Shown here piece by piece: positions 60,252 through 64,000 of a stretch of DNA of 64,000 nucleotides. Positions within the stretch are counted from its first letter, which is position 1, and each line of letters opens with the position of its first letter. The notes beneath the pieces are model-generated. The model was not told the DNA's origin, made no database searches, and was given only the letters and a program-made list of their open reading frames with translations. The stretch covers positions 58,066 through 122,065 of the forward strand of contig CAITMU010000068.1 in NCBI GenBank assembly GCA_903893565.1, written 5' to 3'. A program made the translations under genes and the position numbers. The stretch comes from an uncultured beta proteobacterium (GTDB lineage: Bacteria; Pseudomonadota; Gammaproteobacteria; Burkholderiales; SG8-41).

Positions 60252-61022
60252 ATGGGATTAGCCAAGCGTATTATTCCTTGCTTAGATGTGACCGCTGGTC
60301 GAGTGGTCAAAGGGGTTAATTTTGTGGGCCTGCGTGATGCGGGCGATCCGGTAGACATTGCGCGCCGCTATGATGAGCAAGGTGCCGATGAATTGACCTT
60401 TTTGGACATCACTGCCAGTAGTGATCAACGGGATTTAATTCTACATATCATTGAAAGTGTGGCCTCCCAGGTGTTTATTCCCTTGACGGTGGGAGGAGGG
60501 GTGCGTCGGGTGGATGATGTCAGACGATTACTCAATGCCGGGGCCGATAAAGTGAGCATTAACACCTCAGCCGTAGAAAATCCTCTTTTGGTCGCTGAGG
60601 CCTCTTCACGCTACGGTGCCCAATGTATTGTGGTGGCTATTGATGCGAAGCGGGTGCCGGAATCGAACCCTGTGCGCTGGGAGGTCTTTACTCATGGTGG
60701 CCGAAAGGCTACGGGGCTCGATGCGATCGAGTGGGGGTTAACCATGCAAAACAGGGGCGCCGGTGAAATTCTCTTAACGAGCATGGATCGAGATGGTACG
60801 CGTGTGGGGTTTGATATTGAGCTGACCCGAAATTTTTCTAGAACTTTGCAAATCCCAGTCATTGCTAGTGGTGGGGTGGGGGGAGTAGAGCACTTAGCGC
60901 AGGGGGTGTTGGAGGGGGAAGCCGATGCCGTGCTAGCTGCCAGCATTTTTCATTATGGGGAAGTGACCATCCGTCAGGCCAAAGAATATATGGCACAGCG
61001 GGGAATCGAAGTTCGGCTGTGA
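60252..61022 (+). CDS. hisF: Imidazole glycerol phosphate synthase, cyclase subunit
   Basis: [28 protein letters not shown] and [15 protein letters not shown] motifs. Confidence 0.92.
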   Translation: MGLAKRIIPCLDVTAGRVVKGVNFVGLRDAGDPVDIARRYDEQGADELTFLDITASSDQRDLILHIIESVASQVFIPLTVGGGVRRVDDVRRLLNAGADKVSINTSAVENPLLVAEASSRYGAQCIVVAIDAKRVPESNPVRWEVFTHGGRKATGLDAIEWGLTMQNRGAGEILLTSMDRDGTRVGFDIELTRNFSRTLQIPVIASGGVGGVEHLAQGVLEGEADAVLAASIFHYGEVTIRQAKEYMAQRGIEVRL

Positions 61023-61039
61023 TAGGAGTGGGTAAGCAG

Positions 61040-61432
61040 ATGACAAATGATCATTGGCTCAGTAAGGTGAATTGGGCCCAAGACGGCTTAGTGCCTGCTG
61101 TGGTTCAGGAGGCGCAAAGTGGTCGCGTCTTGATGGTAGCCTGGATGGACCGAGAGGCGCTAAAGAAGACGGTTGATACCGGACAGGCCCACTTTTGGTC
61201 GCGGTCCAGGAAAAAACTCTGGCATAAAGGCGAAGAGTCCGGCCATGTGCAACGAGTTAAGTCGATTCGTTTGGATTGTGATGAGGATGTGGTGTTGTTG
61301 GAAGTGGAACAATTGGGTGGGATTGCTTGTCATACGGGTCGCCACAGTTGTTTTTTTCTCGAATACGACAATGGTCAATGGCGTAGCGTGGACCCGGTCA
61401 TCAAGTCCCCAGAGGAGATCTACCGCAAATGA
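61040..61432 (+). CDS. hisI: Phosphoribosyl-AMP cyclohydrolase
   Basis: [31 protein letters not shown] and DCDEDV..L motifs. The alternative start is the GTG at 61019. Confidence 0.85.
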   Translation: MTNDHWLSKVNWAQDGLVPAVVQEAQSGRVLMVAWMDREALKKTVDTGQAHFWSRSRKKLWHKGEESGHVQRVKSIRLDCDEDVVLLEVEQLGGIACHTGRHSCFFLEYDNGQWRSVDPVIKSPEEIYRK

Positions 61433-61746
61433 TTGAAAAAGATGTACTAGAACGACTGGGTGAAACGCTTGCTTTACGCAAAGGGGCCGATCCAAAAAGC
61501 TCTTACGTGGCGGGTTTAATGGCCAAGGGAGAGGATGCTATTTTGCGTAAAGTGATTGAGGAGGCCACAGAAACGTTACTGGCCTCCAAAGAGGGTGATA
61601 AACTGCACTTGGTGCGTGAAGTGGCTGATTTATGGTTCCATAGTATGGTTTTGTTAGCATGGCATGATTTGGCTGCGAAGGACGTGTTGGCAGAATTAAA
61701 TCGACGTGAGGGTGTTTCTGGTATTGTCGAGAAGCAATCGCGTTAG
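61429..61746 (+). CDS. hisE: Phosphoribosyl-ATP pyrophosphatase
   Basis: SYVA.L...G.D.IL.K..EEA.E and E.ADL.FH..VLL pattern. ATGA overlap with hisI. Confidence 0.85.
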   Translation: MIEKDVLERLGETLALRKGADPKSSYVAGLMAKGEDAILRKVIEEATETLLASKEGDKLHLVREVADLWFHSMVLLAWHDLAAKDVLAELNRREGVSGIVEKQSR

Positions 61747-61782
61747 TTTTGGACGGAATTTACGGATTTAAAGGAGATCGCA

Positions 61783-62016
61783 ATGGGTTCTTTCAGTATC
61801 TGGCACTGGTTGATTGTGTTGGTCATCGTTATGCTGGTTTTTGGTACCAAAAAGTTACGTAATTTAGGTACCGATTTGGGTGGGGCGGTTAAGGGATTTA
61901 AGGAAGGTATGAAAGTCGAAGATGACAAACCCGCTGCTCTCAAGGGGGATGGGGCTACACCTAGCGGGAATACTTTTGAGGCGGAAGTCAAAAAGGAGTC
62001 TGCGCCAAAAGTGTAA
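61783..62016 (+). CDS. tatA: Twin-arginine translocase subunit TatA
   Basis: [37 protein letters not shown] is the canonical TatA/E N-terminus. Confidence 0.85.
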   Translation: MGSFSIWHWLIVLVIVMLVFGTKKLRNLGTDLGGAVKGFKEGMKVEDDKPAALKGDGATPSGNTFEAEVKKESAPKV

Positions 62017-62102
62017 TATTTAATGCCTTTGAGTGTTGGTGCGATCGGTTAAGCGCGCTAGGCAGGGGCCTTTTGTTTTGAAAATGCGGGATATGGGTTG
62101 AC

Positions 62103-62612
62103 ATGTTTGATATTGGGTTTTCTGAAATGTTAGTCATTGGGGTCATTGCGCTAGTCGTTTTGGGCCCTGAAAAGTTGCCAAAAGTGGCGCGCATGGCAGG
62201 CCACCTCTTGGGCCGCATGCAGCGCTACGTCAATGGCGTGAAAGCGGACATCAGCCGTGAAATGGAGCTCGAAGAGTTGCGTAAATTGCAGCAAGAAATG
62301 CAAACCGCAGCCCAATCGATTGAAAGTAGTGTCAACCATGAATTGGCCTCCGTTGAGTCCGGTGCTGGAAAAATTGGCGCCGAAATTGAAACATTGAAAG
62401 AGCCCATTGCAGCTGAGTTAACGCCTTTGGACAATACCCTCGCCGCTCAACCGGCATCTGCCTTAATAGGACAAGCCACTGGAGTGGAGGTGACGCCGGC
62501 CACTTCATCGACCACTACCCCGCAACAGCTCGAACTAGCTTTGGAGGAGAGTATCAAGCCAAACGCACCACCGCCTCGATTAATTCCCACCAACCCTAGT
62601 GCGACGCTTTAG
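62103..62612 (+). CDS. tatB: Twin-arginine translocase subunit TatB
   Basis: MFDIGFSEMLVIGVIALVVLGPEKLP..AR followed by an amphipathic, low-complexity tail. Confidence 0.8.
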   Translation: MFDIGFSEMLVIGVIALVVLGPEKLPKVARMAGHLLGRMQRYVNGVKADISREMELEELRKLQQEMQTAAQSIESSVNHELASVESGAGKIGAEIETLKEPIAAELTPLDNTLAAQPASALIGQATGVEVTPATSSTTTPQQLELALEESIKPNAPPPRLIPTNPSATL

Positions 62613-62633
62613 GGCTTTGAGCGCCAGCCTCCT

Positions 62634-63449
62634 ATGATTGAGGAAACCTTCATCTCTCATCTGGTCGAACTTCGCGACCGTTTGATTCGAGCACTCATCG
62701 CGATTGGCGTGGTATTTGCCGTGCTTTGTTTTGTTCCAGGCCCCAGTACCATTTATGATTGGCTGGCTTTGCCTTTGACGCGGGAATTGCCTATGGGCAC
62801 GAAAATGATTGCCACCGGTGTCATCACGCCATTTATGGTGCCCATAAAGCTTACGATGATGGTTTCTTTCGTACTCTCTTTGCCTGTGGTGCTTCACCAA
62901 GTATGGGCTTTTGTCGCGCCAGGTCTATACGCCCATGAGAAAAAGTTGATACTACCCTTGGTGGTTAGCAGTACTCTTTTGTTTATTTTAGGGCTAGCGT
63001 TTTGTTATTTTTTCGTGTTTGGTCAAGTATTTCGTTTCATCTCACATTTTGCCCCTGCCAGTATTACGCCAGCGCCAGATATTGAGCAATACTTGTCATT
63101 TGTGATGACAATGTTTTTAGCTTTTGGTTTGGCTTTTGAAGTGCCTGTGGCTTTGATTGTATTGGTCAGATTAGGCGTGGTCACTGTGATGCAGTTACGC
63201 ACATTTAGAGCCTATTTTGTAGTTTGTGCTTCGATTATCTCCGCTGTGGTAACGCCCCCCGATGTGGTTTCTATGCTTTGCTTATTGATCCCATTGTGTA
63301 TTTTGTATGAAGTGGGTATTTGGGCGGCCCATTGTATGTCCACTATTAAAGCGCCTGAGAGCCACCAAGAGGTGGCCGAAGACGCCAATCAAAAAGCGGC
63401 TGAGGAGTTTGCTGCGATTGAAAAAGATCAAAACAGTGGCAAACCCTAA
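62634..63449 (+). CDS. tatC: Twin-arginine translocase subunit TatC
   Basis: HL.ELR.RLI, six TM helices and the conserved PPD motif (VVTPPDVVS). Confidence 0.88.
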   Translation: MIEETFISHLVELRDRLIRALIAIGVVFAVLCFVPGPSTIYDWLALPLTRELPMGTKMIATGVITPFMVPIKLTMMVSFVLSLPVVLHQVWAFVAPGLYAHEKKLILPLVVSSTLLFILGLAFCYFFVFGQVFRFISHFAPASITPAPDIEQYLSFVMTMFLAFGLAFEVPVALIVLVRLGVVTVMQLRTFRAYFVVCASIISAVVTPPDVVSMLCLLIPLCILYEVGIWAAHCMSTIKAPESHQEVAEDANQKAAEEFAAIEKDQNSGKP

Positions 63450-63493
63450 TGTAAGAGTAGTGGTTTGTAGGTTTTTCTAATGGTCTTTTTTAT

Positions 63494-64000
63494 TTAGTTT
63501 TCATTCCTTTGTGGTTTGGGGCGTTTGCCTACTACAATTTTTAGCTCAATGTCTTTGCGTGAGCGAATCAGCTTCAATTGGGCCGATGAACCCGGGCTCA
63601 GGCCTGAGATGAGCGAGAGCATGCTGGTAGAATCGGTCACGACTTTGTCATTGATGGCAACGAGTACATCGCCTGTTTTTATACCTGCCTTTGCGGCGGG
63701 CGAGTCGTTCATGACGCCAGAAATCAAAGCGCCTTGACGTATAGATAACTTGAAGGATTGGGCCAATTCATTACTCAGATCTTGTACGCTGACCCCGATC
63801 CAACCCCGAATCACCGAGCCGTTGCGTACGAGTTGCTCGAGCACGTTTTTGGCGGTGCTGGCAGGGATGGCAAATCCAATGCCCAAAGAGGCCCCCCCCG
63901 GTGTGCGTGAATAAATGGCCGTATTAAGGCCGACCATATTGCCATTGATGTCAATCAGTGCGCCTCCAGAATTGCCTGGATTGATGGCGGCATCGGTTTG
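63494..64000 (-). CDS. HtrA/DegS-family serine endoprotease, C-terminal part (5' end outside the window)
   Basis: The frame is open to the window edge (..DAAINPGNSGGALIDINGN..) and includes the catalytic-serine motif GNSGG, followed by a single PDZ domain (GALISGV...PAAKAGIKTGDVL). Confidence 0.8.
   Translation of the reverse strand, partial: QTDAAINPGNSGGALIDINGNMVGLNTAIYSRTPGGASLGIGFAIPASTAKNVLEQLVRNGSVIRGWIGVSVQDLSNELAQSFKLSIRQGALISGVMNDSPAAKAGIKTGDVLVAINDKVVTDSTSMLSLISGLSPGSSAQLKLIRSRKDIELKIVVGKRPKPQRNEN

Overview
The window looks like a betaproteobacterial (Burkholderiales-like) chromosome segment of roughly 50% GC (by eye), in two parts. Positions 1-27.9 kb form an accessory catabolic region. 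It holds ten Bug/TctC-family solute-binding protein genes (one interrupted by an amber codon), two MFS transporters and scattered catabolic enzymes: PQQ alcohol dehydrogenase, MmgE/PrpD, amidase, FAH, family III CoA-transferase, two enoyl-CoA hydratases, an SDR, two CMD-family proteins and a cupin. No tctA/tctB genes and no recognisable regulator are present. Positions 27.9-64 kb form a conserved housekeeping backbone: spoT-rpoZ-gmk, yicC, rph-rdgB-hemW, trmB, thiGS, tRNA-Gly(CCC), mutY, kdsDC-lptCAB-rpoN-hpf-ptsN-hprK-rapZ, mlaFEDCB, an ABC-2 exporter, bolA-like, murA, hisGDCBHAFIE, tatABC and a partial HtrA-family protease. The main finding is two paralogous genes that the ORF track splits into short ORFs (7675-7989 + 8020-8238, and 53231-53512 + 53552-53755). 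Each is one continuous reading frame through an in-frame TGA. Exactly 11 nt after each TGA lies the same 19-nt hairpin, a bacterial SECIS-like element. The TGA falls in a U-G-A-C / U-G-S-C redox-type motif, so both are candidate UGSC-motif selenoproteins of unknown function. One sits inside a Bug/MFS operon. The other is coupled by an ATGA overlap to a 351-aa uncharacterised protein, and this two-gene module sits between murA and hisG. Other points of interest are an mlaF gene with no canonical start codon next to a T5 run, a lanthanide-type D-x-D motif in the PQQ dehydrogenase, and a degenerate SixA-like protein. I found no CRISPR arrays, transposases, integrases or phage genes.
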